NCBI GenBank assembly: GCA_029559515.1
Contig: JAKQBO010000020.1
Location: forward strand, 1-48,165
Length of the DNA: 48,165 bases
Direction: 5' to 3'
DNA from: a bacterium
Lineage (GTDB): Bacteria > Patescibacteriota > Minisyncoccia > Minisyncoccales > UBA1441
In this document: piece by piece, positions 18,003-25,113 of the stretch
Position numbering within the stretch: the first letter of the stretch is position 1
How the letters are laid out: the number at the start of each line of letters is the position of its first letter
The notes under the pieces: model-generated
The model's database searches: none
What the model saw: the letters and a program-made list of their open reading frames with translations, nothing else
Told to the model about the DNA's origin: nothing
Translations under genes and position numbers: made by a program

Positions 18003-18134
18003 GCCTTTGAGTCTATCTGCAAGCCACCAGAACACAATTGGGATTACCCAACGAACCCTGGCATTTAAAGAGATCCGAGTACAAGGAGGGATTACTCTTC
18101 TCTCTACTTGCAGACAGACTCAAAAGCAAAAACC
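17976..18134 (-). ncRNA. Candidate structured small RNA (~159 nt), family not recognised
   Basis: The locus has these parts:
- A consensus promoter ends 6 nt upstream.
- A 28-bp closing stem pairs 18134-18107 with 18023-17996. Its only two non-Watson-Crick positions are G.U pairs on the minus strand.
- Two internal hairpins lie within the stem (18105-18069 and 18061-18027).
- The terminator is GGCC-UCCG-GGCC followed by U7.
- No credible ORF is present. Confidence 0.6.
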
Positions 18135-18140
18135 GATGCC

Positions 18141-18168
18141 ATTATAGCCAAAAAAGACAGGTTGTCAA
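18141..18168 (-). promoter_or_regulatory. Perfect sigma70-type promoter TTGACA-16 nt-TATAAT driving the candidate sRNA
   Basis: The minus strand reads TTGACA (18168-18163), ACCTGTCTTTTTTGGC, then TATAAT (18146-18141), then GGCATC, then the G that begins the stem. Confidence 0.7.
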
Positions 18169-18170
18169 TC

Positions 18171-18199
18171 TTGGTCTTTTAGTTAAATGGTGCTACATT
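18171..18199 (+). promoter_or_regulatory. Candidate topA promoter TTGGTC-17-TGcTACATT, 7 nt upstream of ATG 18207
   Basis: The extended -10 TG is at 18191-92 and TACATT at 18194-99. The promoter is back to back with the sRNA promoter. Confidence 0.4.
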
Positions 18200-18206
18200 G
18201 TCAGCG

Positions 18207-20216
18207 ATGAAACTGGTTATCGTCGAATCACCAACTAAGTCAAAAACCATAGAGAAAATTCTGGGCTCCGATTATCGTTGCCTAGCGAGCTTGGGTCATG
18301 TCCGCGATTTACCCAAGAGCAAGCTCGGCATTGATTTAGAAAATGATTTTGAGCCCCAGTACGTCATTCCAACCAAGGCGCGTAAAACAGTTAATCAATT
18401 AAAAAAAGAGGTCGCTTCGGCCGATCAGGTCATTCTGGCCGTCGATGAAGATCGAGAAGGCGAGGCCATTGCCTGGCACCTAGCCCAGGCTCTGAATTTG
18501 AAAGATTTTGAGAGAATTACCTTTCATGAAATCACCCCTGAGGCAATCAAAGAAGCCCTGAAGAATCCGAGAGATATCGATTTAAATTTAGTGAATTCCC
18601 AACAGGCTCGAAGAATCTTAGATCGATTAGTCGGTTACCAGCTCTCGCCTTTTCTCTGGAAAAAAGTAATGAGAGGTCTTTCGGCTGGCCGAGTTCAGTC
18701 AGTTGCTGTTCACTTAATAGTTGAAAGAGAAAAAGAAATTGAGGCTTTCAAGCCCCAAGAATATTGGACGGTCAAAACAGTTCTCGAAAAAGATAAAAAA
18801 ACCTTTGAGGCTACACTGGTTAAAATTAAAAACAAGAAAATTGACCAACTGGGGCTAGATAAAGAAAAAGCCCGTCAGGCAGCTCAGCAACTGAAAAAAT
18901 CCGAACCGATTATTGCCCAGCTTCAGCAGAAAGAAACCCGGCGCCATCCCTCGCCGCCTTTCACCACCAGCACCCTGCAGCAAGAAGCCGGCCGAAGGCT
19001 GAATCTCTCCAGCCGTCAGACCATGCGGTTAGCCCAGAATCTTTACGAAAAGGGTTATATTACCTACCACCGAACCGATTCGCTTAATATGGCTGAATCG
19101 GCCCTAAAACAAGCTGAAGATTATTTAAAAAAAGAAATTGGTCCGGATTACTGGCCGGGCCAGCCGCGCTTTTATCGCAACCAAGATAAATTAGCCCAGC
19201 AGGCTCATGAGGCAATCCGGCCAACTGATATTTGGCAACATCCTGACCGGATCAATCTGACGCCGCCGGCCCTAAATCTTTACCGCTTAATCTGGCAAAG
19301 AACTTTGGCCTCGCAAATGTCGTCAGCCGTTCTCATTAAAACTTCAGCCGAGATAGTCGCTGGCGATTATTCTTTAAAAGCCAACGGACAGATTATAAAG
19401 TTTGACGGTTTTTTGAAAATATATCCGAGTGCTCTAAAAGAAAACCCGCTGCCCGACCTTAAGGCCAAAGACAAATTAACTGTTAAAAAGACTTTAGCGG
19501 AACAACACTTTACTCAGCCACCGGCCCGATATTCGGAGCCGGCTCTGGTAAAAGCGCTCGAAAACCTGGGCATTGGCCGACCTTCAACCTATGCGCCAAT
19601 TATTTCAACCATTCAGGAGCGCGGCTATGTTCAGAAAAATCCAGAAAAAAGACTTCAGCCGACTGAAATTGGCCGCATTGTTGACGAATTACTCAGCCAA
19701 CATTTTCCAGAGATTGTTGATGTCCGGTTCACCGCGAAAATGGAGGAAGAGTTAGACCTGATTGCTCAGGCTAAAAAGAAATGGCCAGAAGTGATCAAAA
19801 GCTTTTATCAGCCTTTCTCTAAGAATCTTGAAGACAAGTACCAATCAGTTGAGAAGAAAGATTTAACTGAAAAGACCGACCGCCTTTGCCCCGAATGTCA
19901 AAGCCCATTAATTATTAGGATGGGGCGTTATGGCAAATTTTACGGCTGCTCGAACTTTCCGAAGTGTCGCTTTACCGAGCCGTTTAAAAACAATAAAACC
20001 GGCGTTCATTGCCCAGAGTGTCAGACCGGCGAGATTGTCGAAAAAAAGAGTCGCCGAGGGATCTTTTACGCCTGCAACCGTTATCCTGACTGCCGATTCG
20101 CCTTATCAGATAAACCGACCGGTGAAAAATGCCCGGAGTGCTCCGCCTTGCTTGTTAAAAATAAGGAAGGTAAAATAAAGTGCAGTCAGAAAAACTGCCA
20201 TTTTCAGAAAGATTAA
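18207..20216 (+). CDS. topA: DNA topoisomerase I (669 aa from ATG 18207)
   Basis: It has a Toprim N-terminus (MKLVIVESPTKSKTIEKILG) and the active-site Tyr region (GYITYHRTDS). Three C-terminal CxxC...CxxC zinc ribbons are present. The ORF-track start at 18198 is a TTG lying inside the predicted -10 element. Confidence 0.95.
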   Translation: MKLVIVESPTKSKTIEKILGSDYRCLASLGHVRDLPKSKLGIDLENDFEPQYVIPTKARKTVNQLKKEVASADQVILAVDEDREGEAIAWHLAQALNLKDFERITFHEITPEAIKEALKNPRDIDLNLVNSQQARRILDRLVGYQLSPFLWKKVMRGLSAGRVQSVAVHLIVEREKEIEAFKPQEYWTVKTVLEKDKKTFEATLVKIKNKKIDQLGLDKEKARQAAQQLKKSEPIIAQLQQKETRRHPSPPFTTSTLQQEAGRRLNLSSRQTMRLAQNLYEKGYITYHRTDSLNMAESALKQAEDYLKKEIGPDYWPGQPRFYRNQDKLAQQAHEAIRPTDIWQHPDRINLTPPALNLYRLIWQRTLASQMSSAVLIKTSAEIVAGDYSLKANGQIIKFDGFLKIYPSALKENPLPDLKAKDKLTVKKTLAEQHFTQPPARYSEPALVKALENLGIGRPSTYAPIISTIQERGYVQKNPEKRLQPTEIGRIVDELLSQHFPEIVDVRFTAKMEEELDLIAQAKKKWPEVIKSFYQPFSKNLEDKYQSVEKKDLTEKTDRLCPECQSPLIIRMGRYGKFYGCSNFPKCRFTEPFKNNKTGVHCPECQTGEIVEKKSRRGIFYACNRYPDCRFALSDKPTGEKCPECSALLVKNKEGKIKCSQKNCHFQKD

Positions 20217-20300
20217 GCCGGGGTGGTGGAACTGGCAGACACGCATGTCTCAAACACATGTGGACGCAAGTCCTTGAGGGTTCGAGTCCCTCCCTCGGCA
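20217..20300 (+). tRNA. tRNA-Leu (anticodon CAA)
   Basis: The fold has acceptor stem GCCGGGG...CCTCGGC-A, anticodon stem-loop CATGT-CTCAAAC-ACATG, a long variable arm and T-arm GAGGG-TTCGAGT-CCCTC. It starts 1 nt after the topA stop codon. Confidence 0.9.
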
Positions 20301-20343
20301 CCGGCAGGCCTTTTTTAGAATAGACTTATATAAAGCTGAGGTT

Positions 20344-20369
20344 AAGCTAGTTGCCTTAGCTTGGTTTTT
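20344..20369 (+). terminator. Hairpin AAGCTA-gttgcct-TAGCTT plus GGTTTTTG, between tRNA-Leu and thyX
   Basis: A 6-bp stem is followed by T5. It is either the terminator of the topA-tRNA-Leu unit or an attenuator in a thyX leader. Confidence 0.4.
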
Positions 20370-20430
20370 GTGTTATTACCTAAATCAGATGAGTTCTTTT
20401 TAACCGCTCACTGAAAGGAGGCGAATGGTT

Positions 20431-21039
20431 ATGGAGATTTTAAAGCCGTATTTCGTCATTGAAGATGAGGTTAAAGGAGAGGAGGTCTTAAAAAAGCTAG
20501 AGGCATACGCCCGAACTTGTTACAAATCGGAAGATAAAATCACTTCCGATTCGGCCGGCCCCCTGATCAAGAAATTAATTCAGCGGGGCCACGAGTCTAT
20601 ACTCGAGCACGAAAAGATCACCGTTCGGGTAATATGCGATCGGGGGGTGAGTCACGAAATAGTTCGCCATCGAATCGGCTCCTACACCCAGGAGTCGACG
20701 CGTTATTGCAACTATCAGTCTCGCGGCATCAAAGTAATCAAGCCCTTCTTCTTTGACCGAGAAAAGTATCGCCTTTGGGAGGAAACTATGGCCACCTGCG
20801 AAAGCGCCTACAATAAGTTAATCGAGCTTGGGGCCTCGCCCCAAGAAGCCAGGTCGGTGCTCCCCAATTCTCTCAAAACTGAAATTGTGATCACCTACAA
20901 TTTGAGAGAGTGGCGTCACTTTTTTAAGATGAGGTGCTCGAAAAAAGCTCATCCTCAGATGAGGCAGGTCGCCGGACCCCTGCTCCGAGAGTTTAAGAAG
21001 TTGATCCCGATTATTTTTGATGACATCTCGGAAGAGTAA
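20431..21039 (+). CDS. thyX: FAD-dependent thymidylate synthase ThyX
   Basis: It carries the ThyX signature RHRIGSYTQESTRY. A strong SD (AAGGAGG, 20415-20421) lies 9 nt before ATG 20431. The alternative ATG at 20425 is only 3 nt from the SD. Confidence 0.9.
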   Translation: MEILKPYFVIEDEVKGEEVLKKLEAYARTCYKSEDKITSDSAGPLIKKLIQRGHESILEHEKITVRVICDRGVSHEIVRHRIGSYTQESTRYCNYQSRGIKVIKPFFFDREKYRLWEETMATCESAYNKLIELGASPQEARSVLPNSLKTEIVITYNLREWRHFFKMRCSKKAHPQMRQVAGPLLREFKKLIPIIFDDISEE

Positions 21040-21046
21040 AGTCTCC

Positions 21047-21079
21047 AGCCCCTGGTCGCATTCCGACCGGGGGCTTTTT
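21047..21079 (+). terminator. Intrinsic terminator after thyX
   Basis: The sequence is AGCCCCtGGTCG-cattc-CGACCgGGGGCT followed by TTTTT. Confidence 0.7.
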
Positions 21080-21122
21080 GTGTTAAGGCTAAGCTTTCAA
21101 AATTGCTCGGACCTCCGGTTTC

Positions 21123-21131
21123 TGCTAGAAT
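21123..21131 (+). promoter_or_regulatory. Extended -10 promoter TGcTAGAAT, 11 nt upstream of the proS ATG
   Basis: TGCTAGAAT is at 21123-21131 and the ATG at 21143. The same 9-mer recurs upstream of argS and of the 88-aa ORF. Confidence 0.45.
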
Positions 21132-21142
21132 ACGTTCAAAAC

Positions 21143-22378
21143 ATGAAAGCATCTGAACTGTTTCCGACAACCTTAAAAGAGCCTCCTAAAAACGCTGACA
21201 GTATTAACCATCAGCTGCTAGTTCGGGCTGGCTTTATTGATCAGCTGATGGCTGGATCTTGGACCTTACTACCGTTGGGCTGGCGAGTCGTTAATCGAAT
21301 TAATCAAGTTATTCGAGAGGAGATGAATGCCATCGGCGGCCAGGAGATGCTAATGCCCTTAATGACCCCCAAAAGTGTTTGGCATGAAACCGGTCGCTGG
21401 GATAAAGCCAAAGAGATTATGTACCAGTTCTCTGATGGCAGTGGCCGAGAATACGGCCTGGCCTTTACCCACGAGGAGGTATTAATGGATCTGCTCCGAA
21501 AACGAGTTAATACTTATGCTGATCTGCCGATTTATCTTTACCACTTTTCAACCAAGTTTCGAAATGAAGCCCGGGCCCGCAGCGGCATCCTGCGAAGCCG
21601 GGAGTTCATGATGAAAGATCTCTATTCGGCTCATGCTAGCGAAGATGATTTAATGGATTATTATCAAAAAGTTAAGGAGGCTTATGTTCGAATCTTTGAA
21701 AGACTTGGCTTTGATTGTAAAGTCACCGAAGCTTTAGGCGGAGTATTCACTAAAAACTATACTCATGAGTTCCAGGTGCCGGCCCCGGGTGGCGAGGACG
21801 TGATTTTCTACTGCAGCCAATGTGACTGGGGGCAAAACAAAGAAGTCTTCAAGGGCCAAGCCGGCCAGCCATGTCCCAAGTGCCAAAAAGGTAAAGTTAT
21901 TGAAACTAGAGCCATTGAAGTTGGCAATATCTTTCCGCTCGGCACCTGGTTCGCCGAGAAGATGCAAGGCTATTTTACCGACCAAAACAACCAGAAGAAA
22001 CCAATCTGGTTCGGTAGCTACGGCATCGGCTCCACCCGAGTCATGGGCGCCTGGGTTGAAGTCTCTCATGACGACAAAGGAATTATTTGGAATAAAGTCA
22101 TGGCCCCCTTTGATCTTCACCTGGTCGAACTACCCGGCGCCAAACAAGCTCAAGAAGTTTATCAAAAATTAAGCCAAGCGGGTCTGGAGGTATTATGGGA
22201 CGAACGAGATATAAACGCCGGACAAAAGCTGGTTGACGCCGACCTAATTGGATTGCCGGTGAGACTGGTGGTCTCTGAAAAAACCAAAGACCAGGTTGAG
22301 TGGCGCCTGAGAACCGAAGAAAAAACCGAGCTTATCTCGGTTGACGAAGCGATCAAGAGGCTAACCAAAAAGAACTAA
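21143..22378 (+). CDS. proS: Prolyl-tRNA synthetase, bacterial-type core without INS editing domain (411 aa)
   Basis: It has N-terminal MKASELFPTTLKEPPKNADSINHQLLVRAGF, motif 2 FRNEARARSGILRSREFMMKD and motif 3 GSYGIGSTR. The start is set at ATG 21143. The longer ORF from 21017 overlaps thyX and its terminator. Confidence 0.9.
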   Translation: MKASELFPTTLKEPPKNADSINHQLLVRAGFIDQLMAGSWTLLPLGWRVVNRINQVIREEMNAIGGQEMLMPLMTPKSVWHETGRWDKAKEIMYQFSDGSGREYGLAFTHEEVLMDLLRKRVNTYADLPIYLYHFSTKFRNEARARSGILRSREFMMKDLYSAHASEDDLMDYYQKVKEAYVRIFERLGFDCKVTEALGGVFTKNYTHEFQVPAPGGEDVIFYCSQCDWGQNKEVFKGQAGQPCPKCQKGKVIETRAIEVGNIFPLGTWFAEKMQGYFTDQNNQKKPIWFGSYGIGSTRVMGAWVEVSHDDKGIIWNKVMAPFDLHLVELPGAKQAQEVYQKLSQAGLEVLWDERDINAGQKLVDADLIGLPVRLVVSEKTKDQVEWRLRTEEKTELISVDEAIKRLTKKN

Positions 22379-23316
22379 ATTCGCTTCTCTCGAAATTCAA
22401 CTTCTTTCCCTCGAGCCCGCGACGCGTGTTGCTGAGTTAACTCACGCGCTTTTTCAATAATCCGGGCCGGAGCCGATCGACCCGATCCATAAGAGCGAAC
22501 TAGCGTTGTCGGACCGGCAACTTTTTTCATCATCACCAAAACATCCCCGGAAACAGCCAATCGGGCCAATCTCTTGTTCTCTGCCTCATCCCGGCCGACT
22601 ACAATCTTATGTTTTCCCTCCCAGTAATGACGGCCAACCTTCAACAGTTCAATGTCAGATTCGCTAATTTGCTTGCGCTTTTCTAATAAGCCTTTAAGTC
22701 TTTTAGAAAATTCTAAATCCGTCAAAAGGCAGCCCCCGGCCGGGGTTGGGTAGTCGGTCAACTTAAATTTTCTCGCTAAAGCTAGCTGTCTTTTCCGGGA
22801 TCGGCCAGATATGTCCTCCAGTTTTTGGCGGTCCACCAGCCCCTGTTTTTCAGGGATAGTTATTTGCATCATCTTGGCCGAAAGCGGCCGGAGTAAAAAC
22901 CCTTGCAGGCCGGACTCTTTTTCTACCAACTTGAGGCGGTCTTTGGTTTGGCTCATTGGTCGCTGCCCCAAAACCTCGCCCGTAGCGACAAAATCATAAT
23001 CGCCCTCGTCCATTATTTCGCGAGCTCTTTGCAGCATTAAGGCGTGGCAATCAATACAAGGATTAAAGCCTTTGCCGTATCCGTGACGAGGTGACCGAAC
23101 AATTGATAGCTGCTCTTCCGACAAGTCGACAATCTTCAGCTTCAGGCCGTTGGCCCGAGCTGATCGACGGGCTTGATCAGCCTTAAAGAAATAACTTTCA
23201 AAAAAAACCAGATCTACCTTAATGCCCTGCTGCTCCAAAAGCTTGGCGCCCAGTAAAGAATCGAGGCCACCCGAAAACAAGAACAGAGCCTTAGTCTTTT
23301 TCGCCATTTTGGCCAT
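22375..23316 (-). CDS. PP-loop ATP pyrophosphatase, ThiI/MnmA-like tRNA thiolation enzyme (313 aa)
   Basis: It has the SGGLDS PP-loop, NPCIDCH, ATGEVLGQRPMSQT...LLRPL (ThiI-like) and a PAGGCLLTD motif. The exact substrate is not assignable from the sequence. Confidence 0.75.
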   Translation of the reverse strand: MAKMAKKTKALFLFSGGLDSLLGAKLLEQQGIKVDLVFFESYFFKADQARRSARANGLKLKIVDLSEEQLSIVRSPRHGYGKGFNPCIDCHALMLQRAREIMDEGDYDFVATGEVLGQRPMSQTKDRLKLVEKESGLQGFLLRPLSAKMMQITIPEKQGLVDRQKLEDISGRSRKRQLALARKFKLTDYPTPAGGCLLTDLEFSKRLKGLLEKRKQISESDIELLKVGRHYWEGKHKIVVGRDEAENKRLARLAVSGDVLVMMKKVAGPTTLVRSYGSGRSAPARIIEKARELTQQHASRARGKEVEFREKRI

Positions 23317-24274
23317 CGTTAATTATCTCCATAATCACCTGGGCGATCTTATCAAAATCATGACGCACGTACCCCTCCGAACGCAGCAAGTCCCGCTCTA
23401 ATATTTTGGCCCGGCGATCAGCCAGAGCTTCAATGGAATATTCAACCATCTCCGAGCGCTCCTGCTCGTATTTTTTAACTCGTAGCCGGTCAGGCCGATG
23501 GTTATTAAAGACAATCCAATCAAAAATATCCGGCCTTAAATATTTTTCCAGCTCTTGGACAAAATTCTCTCCTCGGAAGCCATTCGTTTCGCCGAATTTG
23601 GTCATCAGGTTGCAGAGATAAACTTTGGCTGCTTTTGAGGCCTCCAGGGCTTCTTTAACCCCTGGAACGATTAAGTTGGGAATAATACTACTAAATAAGT
23701 CTCCCGGTCCAATAATAATAAAGTCAGCTTCTTTTAAGGCCTGGGTTGCCTCTGGATTAACCTGACAGGGTTGGTCATAGTAAATGCTTTCAATCCGCAG
23801 AGAGCCATCGTGCTTAGGGCAATCAATATTAGCCTCGCCTTCTATAATTTGACCGTTCTCCAGCCTGGCCCGCAGATGAACGTTGTCCAGGGTTACCGGG
23901 AAGACCCGGCCTTTAGCGCCTAGCACTCGAGCGGCTTCATGAACCCCCTGAGCAAAACCGCCCTTAATATCGGCCAAAGCAATTAAGAAAAGATTGCCGA
24001 AGCTGTGATTCAGCGAATCGCCGGCAAAGCGATAGGTAAACAGTTCTGCTAGAGTCTGGCGTGGTTCAGATAAAGCAATTAAGGCCATTCTAATGTCGCC
24101 CGGCGGTAGCACCCCAAACTCCTCTCTTAGCCGGCCGGTCGACCCACCGCTGTCAGCCATTGAAACGATGGCCGAAAGCTCAACCGGTTGATTTTTGAGG
24201 CCGGAAAGTACTGAAAATATGCCGGTGCCACCGCCAATTACCGCGACTTTAGGTCGAGTCTGCTTCATCGCCAT
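23291..24274 (-). CDS. yvcK: YvcK/CofD-family protein (UPF0052, gluconeogenesis-factor-like, 327 aa)
   Basis: It carries VAVIGGGTGIFSVLSGLK and SMADSGGSTGRLREEFGVLPPGDIR, which are family hallmarks. Confidence 0.85.
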   Translation of the reverse strand: MAMKQTRPKVAVIGGGTGIFSVLSGLKNQPVELSAIVSMADSGGSTGRLREEFGVLPPGDIRMALIALSEPRQTLAELFTYRFAGDSLNHSFGNLFLIALADIKGGFAQGVHEAARVLGAKGRVFPVTLDNVHLRARLENGQIIEGEANIDCPKHDGSLRIESIYYDQPCQVNPEATQALKEADFIIIGPGDLFSSIIPNLIVPGVKEALEASKAAKVYLCNLMTKFGETNGFRGENFVQELEKYLRPDIFDWIVFNNHRPDRLRVKKYEQERSEMVEYSIEALADRRAKILERDLLRSEGYVRHDFDKIAQVIMEIINDGQNGEKD

Positions 24275-25113
24275 TCTTTTTTTAAGGCTGATTTATCGAT
24301 CCTTCTCTTCAGCCGAAACCAGTTTCTCACCTGATGTCTTTCTTCCCAAGTTGGCCGATTGACCCGATAAAAGATTCCCAGTGGGATCCGCCCATTTTCG
24401 TAATTCCAAGATTCGATAACTTCTCGAGCTTTTAAATAATCTCCCTCTTGATGGCCTGCAACTGAATAACATTTTTCTTTCAACCGCTGTAGATCGCTTA
24501 AACGAAAAGTAATGCAAGGCTGGATAACTTCCACCAGTGAAAAGCCTTTATGGTTGATGGCTTTTGTTATCACCGCCTCCATCGACGCCGGATCAAGAGG
24601 CGAAACTCGGGCGATAAAAGAAGCTTGAGCCGAAAGGGCGACTGACAGCGGATTGTACGGAGAGTCCACCGACCCCTCCGGCGTCGTGCTCCCCCGATAC
24701 CCCTTTTCGGTTACCGGAGTCACTTGGCCAATAGTTAGAGCAAAGATGCGATTATTTAAAACTAGCGCCGTCAAATCAGGATTAAGCCGGGCTAAATGGA
24801 CCAGATGGTTCAACCCCTCGGCGTAAGCCCCGCCATCACCCAGAAAAGCCAAAACTTTCAGTTCGGGGTTAGCCATTTTAATGCCGAAAGCCGTCGGCAG
24901 AGCCCGACCATGCAGAGCATAAAAACCGTTAACATTAAGATAGTCGTAAAACTTTCCGGCGCAGCCGATGTCGGCTACGGCAACTAAATTCCTCTTGTTT
25001 ACACCCGACTCGGCCAGAGCCGTCAAGGTTTTTTTAACGCTTCTCAGAACAACGTTGTTTAAACAGCCCGGACACCAGGTATTAACTTGCGAGGTATCAA
25101 AATCTGAACTCAT
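24265..25113 (-). CDS. 2-oxoacid:ferredoxin oxidoreductase, beta (TPP-binding) subunit
   Basis: It has WCPGCLNN near the N-terminus and the TPP motif GDGGAYAEG. Confidence 0.85.
   Translation of the reverse strand: MSSDFDTSQVNTWCPGCLNNVVLRSVKKTLTALAESGVNKRNLVAVADIGCAGKFYDYLNVNGFYALHGRALPTAFGIKMANPELKVLAFLGDGGAYAEGLNHLVHLARLNPDLTALVLNNRIFALTIGQVTPVTEKGYRGSTTPEGSVDSPYNPLSVALSAQASFIARVSPLDPASMEAVITKAINHKGFSLVEVIQPCITFRLSDLQRLKEKCYSVAGHQEGDYLKAREVIESWNYENGRIPLGIFYRVNRPTWEERHQVRNWFRLKRRIDKSALKKEWR

Noticed and set aside
17996-18134. Whether the 28-bp inverted repeat element is SRP RNA, 6S RNA or a MITE.
   Set aside because: - SRP RNA is rejected because there is no GNRA tetraloop and no AGG/AGCA symmetric-loop motif.
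- 6S RNA is rejected because the shape is a three-way junction with two short hairpins, not a ~180-nt rod with a central bubble.
- A MITE is not fully excluded. I saw no target-site duplication, and the consensus promoter, the terminator and the strand-specific G.U pairs favour a transcribed RNA gene.
18038-18238. A 66-aa plus-strand ORF spanning the pth-topA intergenic region.
   Set aside because: It runs through the 28-bp stem arm, the sRNA promoter and the topA start. It has no SD or promoter of its own and ends out of frame inside topA.
20301-20316. The CCGGCAGGCC followed by TTTTTT immediately after tRNA-Leu as a terminator.
   Set aside because: I could not draw a stem of more than 3-4 bp that does not borrow the tRNA acceptor arm. 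The better hairpin is at 20344-20369.
21017-21142. An N-terminal extension of proS (track ORF starts at 21017).
   Set aside because: It overlaps the thyX 3-prime end, the thyX terminator and the TGcTAGAAT promoter. The conserved ProRS N-terminus starts at ATG 21143.
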